Shown piece after piece: positions 1 to 11,697 of a stretch of DNA of 64,000 nt. The notes beneath the pieces were generated by a model that did not search any database, was not told the origin of the DNA, and saw only the letters and a list, made by a program, of their open reading frames with translations. Origin of the DNA: the human T2T-CHM13v2.0 reference genome, Homo sapiens; NCBI RefSeq assembly GCF_009914755.1, contig NC_060931.1. One strand, 5' to 3'. The stretch's first letter is position 1. Every line of letters begins with the position of its first letter. The position numbers were made by a program, and so were the translations under genes.

Positions 1-2699
1 TCACTTTAGTCCACTTCTAGTAAATGGTTGGAAGTAGGCTTGACCTTACTTCATTTCCCAAAAATATGTGACCTTCAGTTATTTTTTTCCTCCTAAATTT
101 GAATTCAAACTATTTTGGAGGTCTCCATTATGGTTATTTTGTTTGCTATTAGCGTACAGTTATTATAAAATAAAGACATATCAAACTGACCATTAATTAA
201 AATTAATAGCTAAGTTTAATTTGAAACTGTCAGAAAAAAAATAAATGAGTTGTTTCTTCAAGAAAAGTTACTATTTTAGCTTAGCAGGGTTATTCAGTTA
301 ACTTGATATGCATAATCTTTATTGTCAGTAGGAATGGCTTATTTTCTTCATATTTCTATGCCCCTGTAGATTTACGTGTTGGTTTTCTTTATAGCCTTTA
401 TTTGTTCTAGGTCTATTATGATGTTGTTTTGTTTTGCTTCATCATTATGAGGAAAAACGACTACTCATCTCTACAGTTAGTTTTTTGTAGTCTTCCAGCA
501 CAGAGGCTTATATTCTTTAGGGACCATTGTTAGAAGCAGCAATAGAATAAAACCATTCCAACAGGTTCTCAAATGTGCAAAGTCCCCAGATTGTGTATAT
601 CCAGTAATTCAGAGATGAAAGAAATGACCTCCAAGAAGACATATTTGCAAATATTGACAGGTGTCCTTTCAAACCAGCTATTTTATTGTTCATTCACAAA
701 AATAAAAACAAGCAATACCCATGAATCAGACAACATCATATCCAAACAATTATATGCTAAAAAAAATACCCTGGAATATGGGTATGCAGGGAAAACAGTA
801 GAAGGTGCAGAATCTGTGTGAGGTCAGTCAATATTTGGAAATCTTAAACCTCCTTTGTATTTAATGCATAGGTCAAAAATGAAGATGATATTTTGGAACT
901 GTTAAACAAGTAGGCACTAGATGGAGATAAAATCCAATCAATAAACAAATATTTCAACTTAACTTTTGATATTGAAAATGTGAAGGCTGGACCTAGGCAC
1001 TATTTTGGACATTTCAGTTTGGGTACATTATAGATATTTAGCAAAAATCTAGTTGGGTTAATAAGAGGATAAACTGACCTGTAAAATTAAATAAATTTTA
1101 GATCATCTTTAGTTTCCTCGAATAATGATAAATAATCTAATTTTGGAAAATTTGGAGACAGGTAGAAGAAACAATCTAAAAAAATACAGTAACAGAATTC
1201 TTTAAAGAATCTTCGGAAAGAATACTCATTTTTATGGATCTCGTTTTACATCTGAAATAAGTTGCCTGATGTTTTTATAAGCCTGTTTACTGACAACATA
1301 AGAAAATCTGACCGCACAAAGAGATGCTATAAGGTTATAGAAAGAAGTGACTATTTTTGAAGATATCAATAGGATAATTGGAAGATCTAGAAATACATTT
1401 ATAATACCTGTGTCCTATCATTTTAAACTCTCAGATCCTATAGATGGCAGCTAAATATTCACATAAAAGAAAGCAAAAAAAAAATATATATATATATGGC
1501 TGAGTCAATGTTACCCAGTAAAGTGAATGCTGCCAAGCTTGCCACATCTAATTCTAACAAAATGGCTTTGCAAAGAGGGAGTTCAGTATTGTAGAAATAG
1601 GTTATCCCTATTCATTATTTTGATATCTGTATTATGATATTATATCAGCTAAGAAATCATCATGTCAGGCCACAGAAGGGGAAGAGAAGCCTGCTGACTC
1701 AAGCTGCATGGTTCAACCACTTAGCTGGAAGTCTAACCCTAGAGTTAGTAAATTCAAGATAAAAACCCAAAACAAAACAAAATCAGAAAGTGTTACTGTG
1801 TTTCTATGGTTTTCTTTGTTAGACATGTAAATTAGAGGAATTATTGTTAGAGTGTCACCATTCTTAATTTTGATATATATCCTTGATCCAGGAAAATAGC
1901 ATTTACATACCAAGAAATTCTTCATTATAAAATGAAGGAAAAATTTGGCTGCTTTCTACAGTGGAAAGAGTGAATAACTTAAAATGTTATTCTTTACATT
2001 TTACATAATAAAAATTGCTTTGGATTAAAAGATTCAATAATTGACTTGAGGAATGAGACTTGGAAAAGCCATTTAAATAAAGAACATATACTGACTACAA
2101 ATATATCTAAAACATGCGCTCAAAAACAAACAAAAAAACATCAATCAGGTTATGTAGCAAAATGATAACTGCCAGCCATTGTGACTTCTATTTTCACTCA
2201 ATTTTCTTATTTAAAATTAGTTTTAAATTTCATAAATATAGTATAAACATAATCTTTGATTATTATAAAACAATGTTACTGCAACTCCAATATATCTTCC
2301 AGTATAGTATTTTATTTAAAGAGAGTGTTTTTATAAACATTTGTTGAACAAATAAATAACAGAATAGAGGAAATAAATGAACTAACCTTTTCTCGAATTG
2401 ATTTTCGTCTTTCCATGCCTATGCAAGTTTCTTTTGAAGGAAAACTCAAAGCCATTATTTGGGCTGGATCCATAATTTTAAATGAATGGCTTTTTCATTA
2501 AGGGAAGTAACTTAATCTCATTTTTGTAAAGTATCTCAAAAGCTAATGTGCACCACCCCACAAAGGAATGAGGACTGAAAGGTTTAATGGATTGGGGACT
2601 GCTATTGCCTAGAACAGTTTCATTGAACTAGGCTCATCCATAACTTAGAGATAAATAAATGAAAATTTAAAAAAATCTTCGAAAAAGAAGTACGTAAAG

Positions 2700-3150
2700 A
2701 ACTGTGAAAGCTTTACTTGTAGTAGTCACAGCAAAAAACAACTTGAGTGTCCACCAAGAGAAGTATTTAAGAAAAAGGAATGGTATGTCTGTATGATATA
2801 ATATGACTTAGCTGTAAAAATCAATCATATACAGGTACACACAACAATACTGATTTATATCAAAAAATATTATGCTGGGCAAAAGAAGTGAAGTACTAAA
2901 ATATTTATACTATGTGACTTTATGTTAAGTGTAAAATAGGCAAAACGTATTTATCTTGATAAAAATTAGAACAATGGTTTTCTGAAGAGTGAGGTGGGGA
3001 TGACTGAAAAGAAACACAAGAAAATTATTAGCAATGATGAAAAGTTTTTTTAATCTTTGATTTGAGTGATGGTTATATGGAAATATACATCTATCAAAAG
3101 GCATTTCCTTGTATATTTGACATCCATGTATATCAATGTCACTTTATGGA
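2700..3150 (+). mobile_element. Ancient L1ME-type LINE-1 3' UTR fragment
   Basis: Degenerate match to old L1M 3' ends (aaaaaacaacttgagtgtccacc ... tatgctgggcaaaagaag ... gagtgatggttatatgg). Boundaries approximate. Confidence 0.6.
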
Positions 3151-3189
3151 ACTAGAAATGCTTATTGAGATCACTTGGGATTCTCCAAA

Positions 3190-3570
3190 GAATGAATTAC
3201 TGATATACACAACAATATAGACGGATTTTCAAAAGTATTATATTGAGTGAAAGAAGCCAGACACAAAAGGCTACAATGTTTATTATTCTGTTATATTCTA
3301 TTATTGTATTTATAATAGTTTTAAGATTAGTTTATGAATAACTAATCTATAGTGATAAAAATCAAAACACTAATTTGTCAGCAGAAGTTGAGCGAGACAG
3401 AGAGGGACAAAAGAGAATTTTGTAAGAGGATGAATATATTTCATGTCTCAGAGTGTTGATATTATGTGTATTTATGGGTATATATATTTGACAAAATTTA
3501 TCAGGTTGTAAACTAAAATCTGTACATTTCCTTATATGTAAATTTACCTGAAAGGTTAATAATAAATAAT
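3190..3570 (+). mobile_element. Second L1ME-type LINE-1 3' UTR fragment
   Basis: aatgaattactgatatacacaaca ... tattgagtgaaagaagccagacacaaaagg ... aatctatagtgataaaaatcaaaac ... tgtaaatttacc, typical of L1ME 3' ends. Confidence 0.7.
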
Positions 3571-5687
3571 GAATTGTAAAAAAATGTATGAAGGTTGACA
3601 GTGGAAAATTAACTTTCTCTCCTCCTTACTCACTAGAAGATGTGAAAATATGATACCCTTTATTGTTAGAACAACCTAGAGCTCTCAGGTATTTGGATAT
3701 CCACTCATTATGCTAGGGGACTTCCCAACCATCATTTCTTATTATTAGCCATCAGTTTATTTCTACTGCAACTTTGGAATCACAGAAGCTGTATCCAAAT
3801 GTCACTCTCTTTTTTTTCATTAAAATAAGCCATATCTACAACAAAATAAAGAAACACAAGGAATATAACTGATATTTTTTGGAGCAACAAGAAAAATAAA
3901 ACAAGAGGAAAAAAAATTTTAAGAATCATCTCCATATTCAGGCCACAAAATGAGCTTTATAGGCTAATATAATATAATTTTTTTATTTAATAAGACTACA
4001 TAGACAATTGAAAAATTATCTTTCACTGATAAAGAACAAACTATAAAGTTTGTGTTGTTAGAACTGTGTCCCTGTGGAATTTTTAAAATCGCAATTTCCT
4101 TTACTCTCCTGGGATATTAACATGGATAGCAAACCGAAACCTCAGCTTAGGTTCAGTTAGTAACAGGGCTATCAGCAAACACTACTTTCACTATTTCCTT
4201 TCTATTTCAACCCTCCAGAGGGTTGCTACTGACAAAGAAAAAAATAGTAAAAATTTATATAAATTGAAATGTAGATAATATCACATCTGTCTCTCCATTA
4301 TACTGCATTATGGCTCTGGTGAAGTAAAGGCTAAAATGCCAAGTTAAGATTGACAGACATGCCAAAAAATGCTTAACTTACAAAATTAAATATACACTCT
4401 GCTCAAAACTAAACAAAATTCAATGAACAATTTATTTTCTTTATTAGTACGAAAAGTCTATCTAACCTCATAGATTTCCTGGCTCCAACTATTTTCTGTG
4501 CCTGCACCTTCTCCACCCAGTCATTCTTTATCCATCTGAGGGAGGGAGAGTATAACAGAAATAAGAAAGTCAAGGAAAAAAGAAGGGGAGGGCAATGTTC
4601 TCTGATCAGAAACAGGAGAACCCAAAACAACAAATTCTCTGCTATAATCTCTATTTGGCAATGATTTTTATAATAATTATTTTTTGTATCTATGTATTTT
4701 CTGTATAGGTATTAAAATGTGTATGTATGTGCAATATGTGTATATATTGTAATGTGTGTATATGTGTATTTAAGAAAAACCTGCTCTGTTCCAAAGAAAT
4801 GCCAGAAGATGAAAATATCCAACACTGGATGTCTGTCTACTATGTATTGTTTCTTTTTCCTCTAGCAAAGTACTTGAGCAGGTAATAGCAATCATATTTG
4901 AGAATTTCTGTTTGAACTCATATCATGTGAGAATTTACAGCACAAGTTTCTCTCTCTTTTCAATTACTTTATGTCTCATATATAGACGCGCAAGTTCTGG
5001 GACACCACAACTATTGAATAAAGTTGTGGGCTATTTTTCATTATTCACTTATAAGACTTATAAATTTGTTCTGCTAGAAAAACACTTTTAAAGGGACAAT
5101 GACTGAAAATTTTATCTCAAAAAAAAAGATTATAAACAGTGTTGTAAAACTCAGTTATCAAAAAATAGTGATAATTTATCTACCAGAATGTCTGGTACAG
5201 GAAGAGTAATTCACCTTCCTGGTATCTTTCATTCTAATGTAGAAAGTTATTATTATGAAAAACATAGGCTATTGTCAGATTACACATTTAAACTTATATG
5301 GAATTAAAACAGTGTGTGACTCGTATTTAGGTTTTTAAAAATTGCTACTAAATACTCTATTCGTTATATTGTTCTCTGCATAGCATAAAATGATACCATG
5401 GATCTCCACTACAGTATCTGGGTGTTTCATATCATGAATAATAACTAGAGCATCTTATCGTAGCCATGAGGTGTTCAGTGTTTGCAAAAGATGTTTATTC
5501 AATAATAATAATTTATCTATTTCAGTTACTATACTTTATTCCAATATGTTCAAAAAGTATAGAGATTAAAAGGGAGGGCATGGTTTCAAATATCCCCTAG
5601 ATTTATTCTAACACCTGATATAATAACAACACATAAACACAGCCTTGTCTGTCTGTCCTATTGAAATTTAGCATATAATATATGATA

Positions 5688-5706
5688 TGTGTGTGTGTGT
5701 ATGTGA

Positions 5707-5737
<31 letters not shown>
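5688..5737. repeat. Compound (TG)n(GA)n microsatellite
   Basis: Directly visible, adjacent to the tail end of the AluJ. Confidence 0.95.
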
Positions 5738-6020
5738 TTTAAGAGGTATCATCTCACTCTGACACTCAGGCAGTGGCATGATCATATCTCACAGCAGCCT
5801 CAGCCTCCTGGGCTCAAGTAATCCACTCACCTTAGCCTCCTGAATAGCTGAGTCTACAGGTGTGCACCACCACATTTGACTAATTTAAAAAAATGCATAG
5901 AGATGATGTTCTCTTTCTCTATGTTGCCTTGGCTGGTCTTGAACTCCTGGTCTCAAGCAGTCCTCCTGCCTTAGTCTCTCAAAAGGCTGGAATTTCAGGG
6001 GTGAGCCACTGTGCCCAGTC
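5738..6020 (-). mobile_element. AluJ-type SINE, diverged
   Basis: Reverse-strand Alu dimer with J-type features (cctcctgggctcaag, ctcaagcagtcctcctgcc) and heavy CpG decay. Confidence 0.9.
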
Positions 6021-6815
6021 TAACACGTTTTTTATCTCTTTGTTAATTATACTTATTTTTCTGTTTCAAATGTTAATTCAAAATAATCAGTTCTGCTAAG
6101 ACGTACTTTTGCCTAGTTTTACTTGTTAATGTCACACCGATGGCCATATCAGCTTCAAACCAGCATCTCCCATATTTTGTTCCTATAGACTATGTCCAAC
6201 ATGCATACAACTTGCTCCAGAAATTTCAGCTCTTCTCCCTTTGCAGCCTGATAATGGAGGATGTATAAGATGGGAGAGGTGGTACCTTTTTCATCATGGA
6301 ATAGAATCATTAGTCTTTAAACTATGAGATTTTAGCCATAGTTAATACTCCAGGGTTAGTGGTGAAGGGTACTGATAATGTACTTAATTCCTACTGAAGA
6401 ATTACGTTCCTTCCAATATCTAGTCACTAAAAGGAAGATACTTTAAGGGCAACTGTGCCTTAAAAATCACATCTACTTTTGCTCTGTATCTGAAAATGTC
6501 CCCCCAAAATAAAATAAAATAAAATATATAACATAGTTACAAGGATATGAAAAATAACCTAAAACGTAATGATTATCAATAATTGTGCAATTAACATAAT
6601 TGTTCATTTTTAATTCATTTGCCTCAAATTTTTATTTATAAATAAAAGAAAGTAAATACTCAAAAACCAAGTGAACAAAAATATTAATAATTGATTAGTA
6701 CAGCTTGTCGAAAGTATGCAGACTTTTGTCTGGAAAAATGGTGTCTTAAGTTCCTAGCCCGATTGGAGAGGTTGTCTCCCTAGGTCTCTTGAGGATTTAA
6801 AGCTATGCAACTCAC

Positions 6816-7031
6816 CTGCATGAAATGCACAATCCTATGAGTGGCGAAGAGGGGAAGATAGCTCTGGGCCTGTAACCTGGGAAGGTGGCAAGCCTCCCTT
6901 TGTATGCTCGGTGGGACTGGGGTGTGGTAGCAGATCAATTGTGCATGTTTGATGCAGTGGCCTTAGGATGACAATGACCCCAGCATGTTTGTTAATGTAC
7001 ACTATGAACAGGTCATTAAGAAACCTTGAAT
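6816..7031 (-). ncRNA. Candidate non-coding internal exon (216 nt)
   Basis: Minus strand reads ggctaaggggctttttgttttacctag|ATT at the acceptor and CAG|GTGAGT at the donor; all three frames contain a stop. No transcript evidence available. Confidence 0.35.
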
Positions 7032-8251
7032 CTAGGTAAAACAAAAAGCCCCTTAGCCACTGGTTGCCGTATTCTGGCCTTTGATCATGTCTCTATGTGT
7101 TTCAATTATTATATAAAGTGAAATCCAGAGATTCAAGTGCTAGGTTTTCCTTTATGTAAAATTTCTAAATTTTCCATTACTGCAGAAATATTAGATAAAC
7201 CCAGCATGCTTTCAAAAACATATCTATGCATTATTCAGTGGAAACTAAGAAACACTGTTCTTTTCAAGCTCAAAAGACTTATCAACTTAGTTTCTTTAGA
7301 AAGAAATTTAAGGCTCCCAAATTAATAGAACAGTTTGAGAGCAGCCTAAACACTACCTTGGAGATCTTAACACTATTGTCATAGCAAGAAATAAAAAGTA
7401 GAGTGTTTAGTGAGAAGGGATAGTGGAGGCTTGTCAACTCAGAAAGTGCTTCTCCTATAATATCAGTCTTCAAGGTAGCATTTTCAAATGGGTTTGAGAA
7501 AAACAAATATTCCTAAGAATGTACTTTGCCAAATGAGCAAAGGCTATATTCAATCAAAATCTGCTTTAAAAAATGTTGTTTTTTTCCCCTTACTTCAAAG
7601 AGGTTTTTCTTAATGTATCTAGCCTATTTGCATTTTTAGATAACAGAAGAAAAATAACAGTAAATTGACATATCTAAGTTTGGAAAGAAACTGTAAACAC
7701 ATAATGACATCTCAAGTTACAGATTTGAAAAACAAAAATGCAATTTTAATTGCTCACCATAGCCTTTCAAATTAGTCACTTTAGGAGAGTTCCAGAGTGA
7801 ATTTAATACTCTATTCTCAAATTCAGTTTGATGTGTGAGGATAAAAAATACATTTGTTCTAGTCAATGATTAACTTTTTAAATCACTTTTAAAATTATGG
7901 ATCATATGCGTAGCTTTTTGTTTTTTAAAATATAGCTGTTATAAATCCAGATGTTTTTAATTCTGTGCTACAACTTTGTCTACCCTTCCCTCAATTCCAC
8001 CATCCTCTTTGGTAATTACTATAATACTTTTAAATTATCTGTAGCACTAGTTCTCCAAAATAAGTTCCATAAATTGGCCAATGAGTTTCTGGACCTAAAC
8101 CTCAACTTGAGGTGTCCTTTGATTTCTCCACATAAATATAGTGAGAATAAAAATTTAAAATTCAAATTATGTTTTCAACAAATAATGAAATAAAGAATGT
8201 ACAACTACAGTATGTACCTAAAGTTTGACTTTAATGAACAGTTGATTGGAG

Positions 8252-8857
8252 CAGTGGTCCCCAACCTTTTTGGCATCAGGGACTGGTTTTGTGGAAGACA
8301 ATTTTTCTGCAGACCAGTGTGGAGGAGAGGATGGTTTGGGGATGATTCAAGTGCATTACATTTATTGTGCACTTTATTTATATTATTACATTTTAATATA
8401 TAATGAAATAATTATACAAGTTACTATAATGTAGAATCAGCAGGAGCCATGATTGTAAAATTTGACTACACTGATGTGATATGATAGTGATGTGTGTATA
8501 CAAGAAGCACTTTTTTTTTCCTCTTAGAAAAACAGCAGTTTTCCTCCAACTAGACAGTCCCACTGTGGGGTGATGGGAGACCGTGGCAGATCATCAGGCA
8601 TTAGATTCTCATAAGGAGCATGTAACGTAGATCCCTGCACGTGTAGTTCACAATAGGGTTCACACTGCTCTGAGAATCTAACGCCACTGCTGATCTGACA
8701 GGGCAGAGCTCAGGCAGTAATGCGGGCCATGGGGAGGGACTGTAAATACAGATGAAGCTTTGTTTGCTTGCCTGTCAGTCACCTTCTGCTGTATGGCAGG
8801 CTTCTTAACAGGCCACAGACAACTACTGGTCCATGGCCCAGAGGTTGGGAACCCCTG
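8252..8857 (-). mobile_element. MER1A hAT-Charlie DNA transposon, full length, with an ~85-bp internal insertion
   Basis: Termini cagtggtccccaacc ... ggttgggaacccctg; degenerate 8-bp TSD gattggag/gattatag; internal sequence follows MER1A except 8452-8537. Confidence 0.92.
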
Positions 8858-10039
8858 GATTATAGCATAGAAAGCAGTAATGCCATAGGTAAGTTTATTC
8901 CTCTCTATAATATGCAAAATAAATTTAATTTGTGAAACTATATCATGCTTTAGTTCCTACAGAAAATGGTAGATGTCAGAATTGAATGTCAACCCTGGAT
9001 TGCATTCTCTTCATTAAACCAGACTATCCCCTTCAAGTTAAAGGGCTATGATCTATGGGACATACAGTCATATCCCTTGATAAGGAAGCATTGAGTTATC
9101 AATATTGTGCATATGAGAAGCAAATGAGATAGGCATGTTAAGTCAATTTATAACTGAGAGGTTATAAGATGTTTATGTCCTCGATTAGAAAATGTTGATG
9201 TCTTAGAGTCATAAGACCAAGATACATTCACTGCTTCATCATTAACTGTGTCCACTTTCATAAATCAGCTTCCCTTTTTTTCTGCTTAGTAGAGTCATGA
9301 GTATCTAATGAGATATTATATTTAATGGTCTTTTTTAAACTTTAAGGCATTATGTGCATCTTTATTGTAAATAAAGGATTATTATTGAAGAAGTAGTTCT
9401 GTCCTCAATTTTCTACAACCCAGGTATTACAATGGCACGTTAAATTTTATTATTTCAACTATGGATGCTTTAACCTTCAGTATTAAATATGTGGAAATAT
9501 TCTACACTTCCAAATGTATACATGACTTCAGTTGATAATCCTATGCATAAGATATATTTATATTTTTTATTTTTTGATAGAAATTGTGTATACAGGAAGC
9601 ACATTTTTTTCCCTCTTTTACCAGGAGAAAAGCAGCAGCATAAATATAAAGGATGAAAATGGGCAACTGAAGCCTGTTTTCAGGGTTAGGATACCACAGG
9701 GAAGACTTGACACATTGGCAACCTAAAAAGCACATACCCTATGGCAATGTGGGAAGATGGATCCAGTGTAGTCAAATTTTACAATTTTTAAGAAGAAGTC
9801 TCCGATCCAAACTTTTTGAAGCTCAACCTAAAAGTTAAAGTTTCCTAACCAATTTCTTTCTCAACCCAGCCCCCATTACCACATACACAGACACACACAC
9901 ACACATAGACTTATACGGATCATCATTATGAGAGACTGGCAGGGTCAAAGGTGGGAAGTCCAGGCCAAAGGCTCAGCAAAATCTCAGAAAGAAATGACAG
10001 TGATCCAAGCACTAAAGTGAGAAGAGTAGAGAAAGGAAG

Positions 10040-10230
10040 CAAATTAACTAATTAAATGCGAGAGTAAAGGAAAAGAAGCCTTAAAATACATAATATTTTA
10101 GGCTTGAGCAACTGGATGCTCCATGTTACCAACATGGGGAACATTGGGGTAAAGCAGGTTTAAAGTGGTGGGAAACAACCATTTGTTTGGTCTTTTTAAA
10201 TGTTAAATGCATATTTGTTATACAATTGCA
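10040..10230 (-). mobile_element. L2 fragment
   Basis: ggcttgagcaactggatg ... catggggaacattggggtaaagcaggttt, a common L2 signature. Confidence 0.55.
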
Positions 10231-11381
10231 ACTTCCAAATATATATTTTCAGTAAATACTAAAATTGTACTAAATGGGGTGTCATCTAAAACCAAACCTA
10301 CAAAGAATGGCTGTCACTAGCTTGTCATTTAAGAGTATGTAGGCTTGTGAGTATAGTACTCAAATCTGAGCTCTGTGGCATCATTGAGCCTTGATTTTAA
10401 ATGGTTACAGAGCCCTGTGTGGTTTTCGGAGACAAGTAGGTTGTAAGTACGTTTAATGAATGTAGGAATAGACATATTTCTGGAATTTGTTTGACTAGCA
10501 GTAACTGCATGAAGACATGTCCTTCCCCTATCTGCCAATGGGAGAAAAGTTCTTGAGTGGTCTGTGGAGCAGGCTCTCCAGCAGCAAGATCAGAAGACAC
10601 TGGGGCCAATGAAAATCTTCCTGCTTTGAACAAAGAAAGCCTGTAGAGAATATTTAGCCCAGAAGGTGGTGATTGTGCTATTTACAAAATCAGAATGAGA
10701 TTGTAGTGATGGATGAAACCCAAGCAAAATCTTTCACAAGTGTCTAGTTCAGTAACTTTAGGAAACCACTAGCAACCTATGTTAAGTTAGAATCAGAATG
10801 TCCAAATGAAAGCGTGATAGTCCAAAATCAGATTAGATAACCATACATTAAGTCTGAACCTGCACGAGACTAATACGGCAAGAGAAAGGCATTTTGCACA
10901 TCTTTATTATCTTGTTACGCTATCATGGGAAGTGGAAGTTTCACAGTAAATGGTATGTACTGGCAGTTTGAAGGAGAATAGGACTAGGTTTTCATAAAAC
11001 GTGATTTAAGTTAGTTCGAGTATGTGAAGAACCATGTTCATAAAGCCAAAAGCAAAGTGAGAAGTGGACCACACAATCCATGCAATATTAGGGACAGAAC
11101 ATGAACTGGTGTTTCGGGTTTCACAGAGGCAGGTTTAGGTAAGTATTTTTAATGAAAGGAGACAAGAAAACAAGAACAAATATGATTTATATCCCAAAAT
11201 GCTGCAAAAGGGCGATGAAGTTGAAATGAACTCTCTCTGTTGTGTGCAAGCAGATAAGAAAGAAGTTTGACAGGTTGATTTCTATTCTTTTTCACTAAAG
11301 TCTGTATACCTACGAGATTGATTGGTTCCTGACATTGAAAGAGTAAGGGGCAACCTTTTCTCCTGGAGCATCCAAATAATT

Positions 11382-11688
11382 ATTTATTTATTTATTTATT
11401 TTAGATAGAGTCTTGCTCTGTCACCCAGGCTGGAGTGCAATGGTGTAGTCTTGGCTCACCGCAACCTCCGCCTCCCAGATTCAAGCGATTCCACTGTGTC
11501 AGACTCCCAAGTTGAGTAGCTGGGATTAAAGGTGCACACCACCATGCCCAGTGAATTTTTGTATTTTTAGTAGACACGGGGTTTCACCATGTTGGCCAGG
11601 CTGGTCTCAAACTCCTAACCTCAAGTGATCTGCCTGTGTCAGCCTCCCAAAGTGCTGGGATTACAGGCATAAACCACCATGCCTGGCC
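11382..11688 (-). mobile_element. AluS (Sz-like)
   Basis: Full dimer, (TTTA)n tail, TSD caaataatt at 11373-11381 and 11689-11697. Confidence 0.95.
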
Positions 11689-11697
11689 CAAATAATT

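Noticed and set aside
573-821. 82-aa ATG ORF in unique DNA
   Set aside because: No recognisable homology, promoter or splice context; length expected by chance.
9604-9690. Strong plus-strand acceptor (tttttttccctcttttaccag|G at 9624) with a weak GTTAGG donor
   Set aside because: Donor is weak and I found no convincing partner exons on the plus strand.
10700-11350. Possible old LTR or CpG-retaining element
   Set aside because: I could not assign a family, termini or TSD.
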